A stretch of DNA of 63,454 bases, the filler included, from Octopus bimaculoides (lineage: Eukaryota): assembly GCF_001194135.2 (NCBI RefSeq). It is 5 parts of 5 records of this genome, joined end to end, with 100 filler letters (N's around TTAATTAATTAA, not from the genome) between each part and the next. Parts side by side here need not be neighbours in the genome. Positions count along the whole stretch, not along the records: positions 34,595 to 44,686 come from NC_068994.1; positions 44,787 to 61,337 come from NC_069001.1; 3 more parts are not named here. One strand, 5' to 3'. This document shows positions 38,197 through 51,173 of the stretch, piece by piece. A program made the position numbers and the translations under genes. Below the pieces are notes generated by a model, which was given only the letters and a program-made list of their open reading frames with translations, was not told the DNA's origin and ran no database searches. Each line of letters starts with the position of its first letter. The stretch's first letter is position 1.

Positions 38197-38264
38197 TTAT
38201 ATGTATATAAATGAAATAACTTGTCACTCTCATTTCTTAAGATATTTTATTTGTCTTCCATTAA

Positions 38265-38470
38265 GGCGGTAATTGGCAGAATCGTTAATGCCAGGGGTAA
38301 AATGCTTATCGGCATTTCGCCCGTCTATATGTTCTGGGTTCAAATACCACGCCGGGATTGACTTTGCCTTTTATTTTTTCGGGGTTGATAAAATTAGTAC
38401 CAGTTGAGCATTGAGGTCGATGTAATCGACTTAGCCCCTACTAATGGATTTGTGCCAAAACTTTGAAACC
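38265..38470 (+). mobile_element. SINE family A, full length (TTTGAAACC-tail type)
   Basis: Head TGGCAGAATCGTTA, B-box GGGTTCAAATACC, core, tail. Confidence 0.88.
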
Positions 38471-38571
38471 TAGTAGTTACCTTCATTGGTTACCACACAA
38501 AAACTGATTTCCCGAAAGAAAAATACGATAAAAGACCCCCGAAGTGCGCAGCTGTAAGTTTATTACATTTG

Positions 38572-38875
38572 TTGTTGTTAGTGTTGATCGGCTCCAGACC
38601 GCCACAATAGAGGAGACCTATAACGAAAAGCCTTCAAACTGTCTTCCTCGCTCTTTTCTTTAGATACGGTATATCTAGGGCTATGAGGGTGCATGAAAAG
38701 CCTTGAGCCTCAAAGAAACAAAACATGGAAGGTACAAGACTTCAAGGCCTTGAAGGCTTAACACTTTTCAAACACCTCTCGCACATTATTCAATGTCGTA
38801 TCTGTTGTTAATTTGATACTGCTTGGTTTGAGGGATATCTGTTGGCATTTTCTAGCAGGTCGAAGGATAATGTAG
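38572..38875. repeat. Family D repeat interrupted by a mariner MITE
   Basis: TTGTTGTTG start, TAGATACGGTATATCTAGG, GAGGGATATCTGTTGGCATTTTCTAGCAGGTCG. Confidence 0.55.
38684..38781. mobile_element. ~100-bp mariner-type MITE
   Basis: TA|TGAGGGTGCATGAAAAGCCTTGAGCCT versus AGGCTTAACACTTTTCAAACACCTCTCG|CA; internal 16-bp palindrome 38740-38755. Confidence 0.7.
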
Positions 38876-40913
38876 AGGTTATCACAGCTAGACAAGAGTT
38901 AAATGTATTCAAAATGAATGTAACTCGCTGCAAGTAACGTTATATGAACTGTCGGTTCTTCATTGACTCTACACGTCTATCACATGTTAACCTATATTAT
39001 AGAAATTACCCAGAGGGTTGCTTGCAGAGGAGATGAGATGTGAAGTTTTAATGAAAATGTAATATCTAATTACGGAAAAAGTAGAGAAGGACGAAGGAGA
39101 TGACAAGCAACATATATGTTGTTGTGTATTGACAGAATCACATATTTGGAGATGAAACAGAGAAAAGAAATCAATTAGAAGAATCTAGAAAAGAAGGGGA
39201 AAATAAAAACAACGAAAAAAATTAACAACTTGAAACTTCGAAAAATGTGATATGATCCTCTGTGCCTGACTTCTGTTGCACATAAACTTAATTGGCATTC
39301 ATAATCGAATATATAATGTTTTAGAAGCGAACATGGAATATTGGGGAGTTGAGTTAATATGCAGCCATAAGACGTAGGGTGATATTAACGAGAAAAGCGC
39401 TTCATTACAAGGAGATAATTATCGCATTTTTATTTCATAATTCATCGACCTGTCTGTTTTTTTGAATTATCTTTTTATCACTTCAGCAGAGGGGGATAAG
39501 CTGTGGTTATCATTCCTTTTTCTTAGGGCAGATAAGAGAGGTGTTAGAATGGTAAGGATGTTATCATCAAACTACCCTGGATACTTGTAATAGAGTGGGT
39601 GCCACTAGCGATGCATGACAACTAACATGACACCTTTAGTTGAGTCTTAGTTTAGATTTACATATGCATCATTTATATTTTTAAACATAGCTTAGGGGGC
39701 CGTATATATATANNNNNNNNNNNNNNNNNNNNNNNNNNNNNNNNNNNNNNNNNNNNNNNNNNNNNNNNNNNNNNNNNNNNNNNNNNNNNNNNNNNNNNNN
39801 NNNNNNNNNNNNNNNNNNNNNNNNNNNNNNNNNNNNNNNNNNNNNNNNNNNNNNNNNNNNNNNNNNNNNNNNNNNNNNNNNNNNNNNNNNNNNNNNNNNN
39901 NNNNNNNNNNNNNNNNNNNNNNNNNNNNNNNNNNNNNNNNNNNNNNNNNNNNNNNNNNNNNNNNNNNNNNNNNNNNNNNNNNNNNNNNNNNNNNNNNNNN
40001 NNNNNNNNNNNNNNNNNNNNNNNNNNNNNNNNNNNNNNNNNNNNNNNNNNNNNNNNNNNNNNNNNNNNNNNNNNNNNNNNNNNNNNNNNNNNNNNNNNNN
40101 NNNNNNNNNNNNNNNNNNNNNNNNNNNNNNNNNNNNNNNNNNNNNNNNNNNNNNNNNNNNNNNNNNNNNNNNNNNNNNNNNNNNNNNNNNNNNNNNNNNN
40201 NNNNNNNNNNNNNNNNNNNNNNNNNNNNNNNNNNCGCATAATCACCGAACCTGGAGCTTAACTATGTTCTGTCCATAGCACTTACTCAGCATTACCTGAC
40301 ACCTTTGGGCCTTATTGACACCATTACGTCTCATAACCTCTCTCTCTCGCTCTCTTTACCCCCTCTTTCTCTCTCCCCTCTCTCTTTCCCTCCCTCTCCC
40401 CTCTCTCTCTCCTTCTCCCCTCTCTCTCTCCCTCTCCCCCCCTCTCTCTCTCCCTCTCCCCTCTCTCTCTCTCTTTGGCTTATCCGAGGCAATGGTAGAA
40501 AATTAGATTCTAAGGTGGCTCGCAGTTGGATCAAACCCGAAATTTTGCTATTGCGTTGTTAGCTTGTTAATCACACAACCACACTTGTGTGTTTCAAAGA
40601 GATTCAGTATTCTCAGGTTTGTTTGTATTGCGTTAATCCCGCTATCTTAGATGTTACAAAATTGACTAAATTAACAGAGCAAAAGTAACGAGTGAAGCAG
40701 TTAACCAATGTTAATGTACAAACTAAGATTTTATTGCAAGAGCGGAAGAAAAAGAAACTGCTATCCAATATTGTGCGAACATTGATATTGGATGTCAGTT
40801 TAGTAAAAGGATTTATGAACTAAAGAACAAGGAAAGAAAAGGGCTACAGGTACCACCTCTCCAGGCAATAAAGCAATATGCAAACAGCAAAAGTATAGAA
40901 TAAATTAACTAAC

Positions 40914-40971
40914 CATCGAGGAAACCCTAATGTGGTCGCAAACTCGGTTACAGATAAAAGCGAAGTGCATC
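40914..40971 (-). CDS. Candidate exon (G|CTSLLSVTEFATTLGFPR)
   Basis: Acceptor TTGTGTGTCCTTGCAG, donor TG|GTTAGT, phase 1 to 2. Confidence 0.5.
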
Positions 40972-41810
40972 CTGCAAGGACACACAATGATCTTTTTAAA
41001 ACAGGACACATTCGATACTGTAGTTGTAGATACATTATATTCGTAAAACAGATAAGATAGTCACGGTCGGAATGTCTTTGACAATAAATCTTCCAGGTCA
41101 TGGCAAAGCCGAGTCTAATATAATAGCGGCGAATATATAACAACGATAAAAAGCAAATCGATAATATCAATTAAAATGGTGAAGAAGAATACAAAACATT
41201 TTGTGTGTATTTTAGAACGATGGTAGTTGGGAACAGAAGGAAATGAAAAATGAAATTAGAGAAGACGAGAAGAAGGCCAGCGAAATCTTGGGGTCAAACA
41301 CAGATGAAAAAAAAATAATTAAAAAATCAATACTCAATTCTAATTTTGAGAAACCCTCAACCGCCTCTCTTTGAGGAAAGAGAGATGGCTTGATCCTCCT
41401 ATAAGTTGTCGAAAGAGAAATATTCTCAGCCTTACTTTAAGATGGCCGAAAGTGAATTTGATGAAGTCATAGGAGTGTCAGAAAGCTGAGCTGTAAGTAA
41501 ACATTGCAAACATTGCACACAAAGCAGTGTTGCAATGTTGTCTCAAGAAGAGATAAAAGGGCAAAGAACTCTTCGTGCAAAAGAGAGAGAAGTTAATTGA
41601 AGTTTAGCTTGTAATTGCTTTCAGAAATAAACAAAAAGAAAATGGGAAAAGCAATAGATTGCATAGAAAGCTGGAATTCTATGGAGAAAACCGAGGTGGC
41701 ATAGTGGGAGATTCGCTTGAGTACCGGATATAAGGCCTCGAGGAGTTTGTCCTGGTTCTCTCGACCCCGACTACAAATATCCCATCAATGTTAGTGCCTC
41801 CTCCTCCTCG

Positions 41811-41978
41811 TTGTTGTTGTTGTTGTTGTTGTTGTTCTTCTTCTTCTTCTTCTTCTTCTTCTTGTTGTTCTTCTTCTTCTTTTTCTTCTTCTTCTTTTTC
41901 TTCTTTTTCTTCTTCTTCTTCTTCTTCTTCTTCTTCTTCTTCTTCTTCTTCTTCTTCTTCTTCTTCTTCTTCTTCTTT
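41811..41978. repeat. (TTG)n(TTC)n microsatellite
   Basis: Direct reading. Confidence 0.95.
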
Positions 41979-42839
41979 GTATATATTCACATGCACATAC
42001 ACCCACAAGCATACGCAGATATATATATGCATACACCCCACCAAACACACATGTATACATAGAAAAGCATTGGCTACGGTGCACAGCGAGAAGAAATGGA
42101 GGGAAGGCAAACGAAGTATCTCTCTATCCAGAAATAAAGAAGCTTTAATCTAGGGATCAGCAATCCCTTCATATATAGAATAATACTTATATTATACATT
42201 AATCGTCTAAGGTATAACATGGACGTGCAGTACATAACGGAAGAGAAACGAAGACGTGAGATAGTGAGCCGTAGTGTATAAGAAAAAATAGACGAAAGTT
42301 TGAACCGTTTTGTGTGAGAAGACAGCAAAACGGCAATAAATAGATAAATAGAAAAAAAGACAAGGCGAGGTGGGGGAGAAACAAAAAGAAAGACAAAGAG
42401 AGAGTTGACACGACGGTTTAGAAAAAATGATACCCTGGGATTGTAAAGGAAATAAGGAATCTGAAATAGATGAAAAAATTCTAGAATCGCAAACTAGCTG
42501 TTATTTAAAGTCAGTATTCTAAATTCCTGCGAGATTTTTATGCATTAAGTAATCATGTCATCGTAGTTGTTACCATTGCCATATTATATCAGATTGGAAG
42601 GAAAATAGATAAGAATTTGTGGTTAGATTAAAAAAGAAACTTTGAAAAAGCATCTGATCATGGTTAGATAAACTGCTGAGAAAAAGGAAAAAAAAAACAA
42701 TCTCTGAGATTTGGAATGTCATAATAGCACAGGGAATAACGTCAAGAAAGTCGTTTAAAGGGCATTAGAATTGAATTGACATCCCGTTAGCGGATGCACC
42801 GATGTGTGTGTGTGTGTGTGTGTGTATGGATATATATGT

Positions 42840-42915
<76 letters not shown>

Positions 42916-42949
42916 GACAAAATTACAAGATAAAAATATATTGTAACAC

Positions 42950-43068
42950 CGAAGCTGTCACTTTCTATTAAGGAAGAATATTTCGCCAATGTTTCTTGGA
43001 TATAATGAGACATGTTGTCAGTAAATCTCAAGACACGATTTCGTAGCAATGGTGAACACGGAACCCTG
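42950..43068 (-). CDS. Candidate exon (S|RVPCSPLLRNRVLRFTDNMSHYIQETLAKYSSLIESDSF|G)
   Basis: Acceptor TTCTTATAG, donor G|GTGTTA, phase 2 to 1, in frame with both neighbours. Confidence 0.55.
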
Positions 43069-43669
43069 CTATAAGAACTCTCGTATTTGAATTTTTCTTT
43101 GCCAAAATAGATCATGTTTTATAAACTTTACATGTTGAGAAAACATTTTGTTGGATTAGAATGTTTTTGTTGTATTGTTTGGTGTACGTCGTTTGTGTAT
43201 ATATCTGTACATTGTGCGTGCTTCAATATGAATATGTAAGTATACTTATATATATAAGTGTGTAAGTGTACGTTTATGTTTGTTCGTATGAGTATGTACA
43301 AGTATCTTAATGCGTATATGAGTGTTTGCGACCGTGTCCTTGTGTATGTTCTCTTCTGTTTTCAAGAATGTAAATTATTCCTTTGAGGAAGAAGTTCATT
43401 TCTAACAAAGATGCAAAGATCCATCGTTAGAATGTGGATAACAAAAACAATGCCACATTTTACACTTGAGAAAAGTCTTGCATATTCTGTATTATGCGAG
43501 AGAGTTGGTTGCTTTCTTTTTCTGAAAATCAAAGCTAATTCAGACTGTCAGTTAATCATTCACTCACAAAACCAAGTATACCAGCTATTGTTGGTCGACG
43601 TGTAAATTTGTAACCTGGAAGTAGAAACTGGGGGAAAAAACTTCTTGCATCGGACTACAGCAAGTAATC

Positions 43670-43860
43670 TTAGATGCCAAGAACCTTCGTAAGTAACCTA
43701 GCCGTCCTTAATAATAGTGTTTCCATGAGTTGTACTAAACCAGATTTTATACCTATCTCCTCTATCCGTCTGTTCAAGTCTTTAGGGATAGTTCCTAATG
43801 GACCAATAACTGCAGGGATACATGTTACCCACACTTCCCATAGCCTCTTTAACTTAACAC
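43670..43860 (-). mobile_element. R4/Dong-type non-LTR retrotransposon 3' fragment 1
   Basis: KRLWEVWVTCIPAVIGPLGTIPKDLNRRIEEIGI..LLLRTARLLTKVLGI* matches the REL-domain C-terminus pattern. Confidence 0.85.
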
Positions 43861-44052
43861 TGTCCTAGGGCGAGTGAACATAGTTTCAAAAGATATTTTA
43901 TTTTACTCCAGAGTTGTTATCTGTGCAGTAGTAGGGGGTAAAGCGTCCTAGGGCGAGTGAACGATAAGAAATATTACAGTATGACTGAAAACTTCAGGAG
44001 GAGAAGTCGTAGGGGCAGTAGAGAAATATCTTCATGTAATACAACACATACA

Positions 44053-44207
44053 TTTAAAATTGATAGGTTTTTTCCTAAGGATGTGGGCAGTACTTGTCAG
44101 CACTATCTTTTGGATTTCTCAGAGACATGGTTCTCCTGGGATATTATCTATATGTTTCTCACATCCCTTTCTTATCAAACCTAGGGCACCCACAATAATA
44201 GGAACAG
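44053..44207 (-). mobile_element. R4/Dong-type 3' fragment 2 (different subfamily)
   Basis: TVPIIVGALGLIRKGCEKHIDNIPG..*EIQKIVLTSTAHILRK. Confidence 0.85.
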
Positions 44208-44642
44208 TTCTCGCGAGATTAACACTGCGAGAGGTTTCAACTGTTTTTTAAAGTCATAAATTGAAATCACTTGAATTTACTTTCTTATTTTTCTATTTGA
44301 TAGACTAAAATAAACAAGAAGGAAACAGTGGAAAGCAAAACCATTAGCATGAATCAATAGACAAGAATCTCTGCTTTAAAACGGTATTTTATGTGAAGAT
44401 AGCAAATACAAAAGTTTATTCTAAAATGCATTGAACGGGATTCTATACAATAGCCAACAGTGCACTAAGAGACGGCGCTGATGTGAAGCACCATAACATT
44501 TTGCCAAAGCGAAGTTGCATCAAAACAAGATTATAGTCAGCTAGTGGAATCAACATTTTTAGAATGCTGGCGGAAATACAATAGTAGAGAAAGCATTGCC
44601 AGGAAATCAACAAAATGTAGCACTTAAAATTGTAATGTTTAC

Positions 44643-44679
44643 CTGTAAAATTGTTCAGTTGTAGAATATGGTGTCTTAT
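44643..44679 (-). CDS. Candidate exon (D|KTPYSTTEQFY|S); 5' boundary next to a gap
   Basis: Strong donor AG|GTAAAC, phase 2 end matches 42950-43068. Confidence 0.5.
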
Positions 44680-45943
44680 CTAAACCNNNNNNNNNNNNNN
44701 NNNNNNNNNNNNNNNNNNNNNNNNNNNNNNTTAATTAATTAANNNNNNNNNNNNNNNNNNNNNNNNNNNNNNNNNNNNNNNNNNNNATATATATATATAT
44801 ATATATACGTATGTCTCCAACTACACTCGGAGACACACACTTATACAAGCACACATACTTACAAGCACACACACACATACACACATATGGGCAGACACAC
44901 ACACACACATGCTTTAATTAGTGTACTAACATCCTTTATATGTGGGATTAATTTTCTATAAATTTATGTATGGGTACGAAAAATATATGTATGCGTGTAT
45001 GTAATCTTTAATATCTTAAAGCTACTTCTTAAAAATATGGTTTGTTAGTGTATATATTTGTACGTATATGCATGCATACGTGCATATATGTATGTATGTA
45101 TGTATATATATATACACATACATGCATGTACACTCAAACATACATGTATATTTATATATACATATATGTACATGGAGGTTGTGTGTGTACTTTAATGCAA
45201 CAAGTTCTGTATGCATTTGGAGATAAAAACTTTTTCATTTATATATGTGCATATATATACACACACATATGATCAAAGCACATTTTCGCACAAAGACACA
45301 CACACACACACATATATATATATGACGGGCTTCTTTCAGTTTCCGTCTACCAAATCCAAGATCGGAAGAGNNNNNNNNNNTGAAGATGGAATTATAAACA
45401 AGTTTAAAGTTGTTTTCACGATGCAATCTTTTGGATTTGATTGAGAAGGAACGGCATCTAGCATTTCAACGACAGCAACAAGAACGACAACAGCCACAAC
45501 AACAGCAACAACGAAAACAACAACAACAACAACAACAACAACAGCAACAACAACAACCGCAACAACGTCGACGTTCACAACATTAACAACAGCAGCAGCA
45601 ACACTATTAACAATACAAACGCAACAACTGGAATAACAATAACAACACTAACGACGCTACCGCCATCCCATCCCCTCCACCATCATCGCCACAATTCACA
45701 ACAACAACAACACCATCAAAGGGCATCATTTATTATCCATTACCATTCATGTCATTCCGATTTTTCCTCATCCATTTTGTTTTTTTCCTGTCGATTTCGT
45801 CAAATCTATTTTTTCACCAGAATATTTTCAATTAAGAGTTGCACCTATTTTACGGTAGAAAGCCAACAGAATCGGCAGACTTTCTCCAAAGACAGCTTAT
45901 TGTAGCATTCCTACTGGAAATTGCCTCACCGTCTTCCACTCAC

Positions 45944-45983
45944 CCCCCGCATACTCAACAGAATACTGTTCAGTTGGTGGCAG
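45944..45983 (-). CDS. Candidate exon (LPPTEQYSVEYAG)
   Basis: Strong donor G|GTGAGT, phase 0 to 1; acceptor lacks a pyrimidine tract. Confidence 0.35.
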
Positions 45984-46205
45984 CTATATTTATTTTTTTC
46001 TGATATTTTTTATCTGGTGTTTTTATTATATTTTACAGTTTTAGTTTTTACTCTCGTATGTTCTCGTTGACTTAATCTAGGCCTTTCATTTTCCGTCTGT
46101 GTTTATTTCTTGGTTTTGTTTTTAGGGTTATATTAAAGGTAAATTTGTGTCTCTTTGCTTCTTCTATCTACCTAACTATCAGGCTTTATATTTATATGTA
46201 TATGC

Positions 46206-46237
<32 letters not shown>

Positions 46238-46404
46238 GCCTATATACATGTATGCATGTATGTATGTATGAATGTATATACGTGCATATATACACGTGTA
46301 TGTGTGTGTGCGAGCATCTATATGGGCAATATATATATATATATATATACACATATATATATACATATATAAATATACGTATATACATATACATATACAT
46401 ATAC

Positions 46405-46456
<52 letters not shown>

Positions 46457-47220
46457 ATATAGTATATACGTATATAAAAGTATACACACACATGCTTACA
46501 TATGTGTGTGTGTATGTGTGTGTGTGCGTGTCTGTGTGGTGGGTGGGCGTGCGTGCGTGTGTGTCTATATGTGTTGTATTCTATATGCTATTATTTGTTA
46601 ATTTTCTTTCCGCTCAGTAATCATTTTGTCACTTAGATATTGAACTTATTCCAATTTCCGAAACATTCAGCGCCAGGGAAACACTTTTCAATTGGATAAG
46701 TCTCTTACCGCACCACAACCCTCCCCACTCTTTCTTCATCACTTTCTCTCCCTCTCTCTTCTTTCTTCTTACCACCCACTCTCCCTCTCTCTTCTTTCTT
46801 CTTACCACTCACTCTCTCTCTCTCACTATATATTTTTCTCTCTTTCTCTTTCTATCGATATGGATAATAGTTTATTTATGCGTATATATTTGTTTTCAGA
46901 AACTTTTCTCCGAGCGCCTTTTAGATACACATATACACACACACACACGCGCGAGCACACATACATACACATACACATGTTCACACACTTTTTGCTCATG
47001 CATATCAGTCTATGTGTATAGCATTCATATATGCTACACATGTAATATAGACATACATATACGCCTATGTGTAAGTATTCATTAAATATATACACGCCCT
47101 TATATATGAACACATACATGAACACGTACACCCGCCTACATATATATATTAAAAATGTATATACGTGAATATTCGTCAAATATGTCAAACAGATATTCCC
47201 AGCACAGGGCTCAATAACTT

Positions 47221-47293
<73 letters not shown>

Positions 47294-47294
47294 A

Positions 47295-47339
<45 letters not shown>

Positions 47340-47340
47340 G

Positions 47341-47392
<52 letters not shown>

Positions 47393-48342
47393 CATACATA
47401 CNNNNNNNNNNNNNNNNNNNNNNNNNNNNNNNNNNNNNNNNNNNNNNNNNNNNNNNNNNNNNNNNNNNNNNNNNNNNNNNNNNNNNNNNNNNNNNNNNNN
47501 NNNNNNNNNNNNNNNNNNNNNNNNNNNNNNNNNNNNNNNNNNNNNNNNNNNNNNNNNNNNNNNNNNNNNNNNNNNNNNNNNNNNNNNNNNNNNNNNNNNN
47601 NNNNNNNNNNNNNNNNNNNNNNNNNNNNNNNNNNNNNNNNNNNNNNNNNNNNNNNNNNNNNNNNNNNNNNNNNNNNNNNNNNNNNNNNNNNNNNNNNNNN
47701 NNNNNNNNNNNNNNNNNNNNNNNNNNNNNNNNNNNNNNNNNNNNNNNNNNNNNNNNNNNNNNNNNNNNNNNNNNNNNNNNNNNNNNNNNNNNNNNNNNNN
47801 NNNNNNNNNNNNNNNNNNNNNNNNNNNNNNNNNNNNNNNNNNNNNNNNNNNNNNNNNNNNNNNNNNNNNNNNNNNNNNNNNNNNNNNNNNNNNNNNNNNN
47901 NNNNNNNNNNNNNNNNNNNNNNNNNNNNNNNNNNNNNNNNNNNNNNNNNNNNNNNNNNNNNNNNNNNNNNNNNNNNNNNNNNNNNNNNNNNNNNNNNNNN
48001 NNNNNNNNNNNNNNNNNNNNNNNNNNNNNNNNNNNNNNNNNNNNNNNNNNNNNNNNNNNNNNNNNNNNNNNNNNNNNNNNNNNNNNNNNNNNNNNNNNNN
48101 NNNNNNNNNNNNNNNNNNNNNNNNNNNNNNNNNNNNNNNNNNNNNNNNNNNNNNNNNNNNNNNNNNNNNNNNNNNNNNNNNNNNNNNNNNNNNNNNNNNN
48201 NNNNNNNNNNNNNNNNNNNNNNNNNNNNNNNNNNNNNNNNNNNNNNNNNNNNNNNNNNNNNNNNNNNNNNNNNNNNNNNNNNNNNNNNNNNNNNNNNNNN
48301 NNNNNNNNNNNNNNNNNNNNATATATATATATATATGTATAC

Positions 48343-48451
48343 AGTGTGCAGCAGGCAGCGAGTAAGAAATCCTAGCAAAGACGTGAATGGCGGCTAGAGC
48401 CAAAAACATGGCGTGTATCTTCATTTCCTGTCTCGGATTGGAATCCGCCAT
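48343..48451 (-). CDS. Candidate first coding exon with signal-peptide-like segment (MADSNPRQEMKIHAMFLALAAIHVFARISYSLPAAH)
   Basis: AAT ATG GCG start context; K then hydrophobic MFLALAAIHVFA; 3' boundary uncertain (GTATAC, next to a microsatellite and gap). Confidence 0.45.
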
Positions 48452-49586
48452 ATTGATATATTTGATACATCTCAAAGAGAAATGAGAAAACTGAACATTT
48501 AGCGCCTGTCGAGTAACGTTACATTAGGTCGTCTTCGATTCTCGACCCGCTAGTTTTTTGTCACACATTCTACTGTTTCTCTCTCTCCTCCATCTTCTCT
48601 CTCTCTGTCTCCCATCTTCTCCCTCTTTCCCTCTCCCTCACGCACACGCATACCTACATACATACATGAAAAAAAATCGTTGCCTACAACAGAAACAATA
48701 TTAAGTTAAAATAGCGACGTGTTTATCATACTTAATGCAAACACATTTCAGGGAAAACCAAGTTTACTGCGGTATTCGTCCAGAGATAATATCTCATACA
48801 GACGTATTGCGTTGAATAAGGCAAAAATATGTCAGTAACTGATGAAAATTGTTCAGCAGCGGTAGTAGAATCGGTAGATGTGGTGGTAACGACGACGACG
48901 ATGACAGCAATGGCGGTCACGACAACGAGGACGACGACGATGATGATGATCACGATGATGATGATGGCGACGATGACGACTACGTTCATGCTGCTAATGA
49001 TGATGATGATGATGATGACGATGATGATGATGATGGCGTTAATGTTACTAATGGCGATAATGATAATGATATCAGTGACATACTTTTTCGGTGCTGTGGG
49101 TCTTGTTCCTGTTACCCTTCAGCCGCAGGTTAACCCAAACAAAGCGATCAATGACGAATGCAGTGCCAACCGGGAATATCTTCCCGATGTGGTCGATGTG
49201 GGAAATACGATTTATCCAACGGTTTCTTTATTTTACTTATGACTGTAGGGCAATGGCTTTCAATCAGTTTTGATCTTGTAACAGGAGATCAAATAAAAAA
49301 AGGATGTTTCGGGTGTAATTTATAAGGAAAGATAAAGAAAGTGACTGTTATAAAATCTATACAAAAATAATATAAAACAAATAGATTATTGTTTACCTCG
49401 TGTTATTGAATCTCATTTGCTCTAAACATTATGAATAACAAAACGGGGTATTTGGAGGGATTTCGTAAAGTATTAATTAATGAAAAAAAAAAACATTTTT
49501 AACAGCGGAGCTCGAAGTAGATAAAGATATAAACAACAGCATGTAGATTATTGGGTTAAAAATCTCTTGAATGTAAAATGTTAAAG

Positions 49587-49656
49587 GTTGCCCATGGAAT
49601 TCGAACCCGAATCTTCTGTAAATGTGGCAGATGCTCTAGCATTGAACTAAAACAAC
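49587..49656 (-). pseudogene. Degenerate tRNA-like sequence (tRNA pseudogene or orphan SINE head)
   Basis: GTTGTTT/GGGCAAC acceptor stem, TAGTTCAATGCTAGAGCA A-box, TCTG/CAGA anticodon stem, GGGTTCGAATTCC T-loop. Confidence 0.6.
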
Positions 49657-51139
49657 GTTTTTTAAGTAGCTACGCACACAAGATACATCGTGGTAGTGCA
49701 CTAACGCGATGCTACAACTTTTGTGGCTGGGGAGTGAGTGAGGCATTTCAAAGAAAGCATTCAGATCCTGTTTTTCATACTGATATGAGCGTGAGCATAT
49801 AACAAAATCCCTACGTTGATGAAAGAAAACTATCTGAAACGTCAACAACTCTATTTTTGCATCCGAAATAAGAATATCCTATGTCCCGCTTGTTTCAGCT
49901 TTTACTGTACCATCAATATTAAAATGATGAAGATGATGATGATGATGATGAGGATGAGGATGATAATAGTAATAATAAATACCAGTTATGTACTGGGGTC
50001 AATGTGATCAATTAGCACCCTCCCCCAAAATATAATATGATATAATATAATATAATATATATATATATATATANNNNNNNNNNNNNNNNNNNNNNNNNNN
50101 NNNNNNNNNNNNNNNNNNNNNNNNNNNNNNNNNNNNNNNNNNNNNNNNNNNNNNNNNNNNNNNNNNNNNNNNNNNNNNNNNNNNNNNNNNNNNNNNNNNN
50201 NNNNNNNNNNNNNNNNNNNNNNNNNNNNNNNNNNNNNNNNNNNNNNNNNNNNNNNNNNNNNNNNNNNNNNNNNNNNNNNNNNNNNNNNNNNNNNNNNNNN
50301 NNNNNNNNNNNNNNNNNNNNNNNNNNNNNNNNNNNNNNNNNNNNNNNNNNNNNNNNNNNNNNNNNNNNNNNNNNNNNNNNNNNNNNNNNNNNNNNNNNNN
50401 NNNNNNNNNNNNNNNNNNNNNNNNNNNNNNNNNNNNNNNNNNNNNNNNNNNNNNNNNNNNNNNNNNNNNNNNNNNNNNNNNNNNNNNNNNNNNNNNNNNN
50501 NNNNNNNNNNNNNNNNNNNNNNNNNNNNNNNNNNNNNNNNNNNNNNNNNNNNATATATAAACTCGTACACATATATATATGTGTGTCTGCACATCCATAC
50601 ACACGACTTTCACGTTTAAATATTCTTGTAAAGCAAGTTCACTTTTCTACTCAAGTGGATTTCTGACAAATTTTTCTTTCTATTTTCTATTCTTTGCGTT
50701 GGTTAAAGTTTCTGTAGAATTTCAGTCTGCAGGAAAGCGACATTCAACAGCGGATGTTGGTAATGAAATACTGGGAAGGACAGAATTCTTTTGGCTCTGA
50801 GATTTCAGCAAAATAAGAGATATTATAGTTAGGAGTAATGCAACCAACTCACACACACAAACACATAAGTTAATATTTGTAGTGACTATTCGCAGACTTA
50901 CATACAGACGTTAGTAGAACGTGTGATGTATTCTAGTACAACACGTGACTTACATTTACTTTAGAATACAAACTGGCTAATATTCAGAATTTCAAACATT
51001 CTTTTTTCCTTTCCTTTGTAAGTGCATATAGCTACAATGGAATTAATATACATACACATACATACTCATTGAAGCACATGTTATATGTATTTACAACAGG
51101 TGCTTGTGTATGTATGTGCATTTAAATATATACATATAC

Positions 51140-51173
<34 letters not shown>

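Noticed and set aside
48385-48455. Cluster of three ATGGCG/CGCCAT motifs (YY1-like)
   Set aside because: Explained more simply by Met/Ala codons of the candidate first exon
49815-49845. TTGATGA-AAGA..TCT-GAAACGTC hammerhead-like string
   Set aside because: C3 absent and no helix I can form; at best a decayed relic
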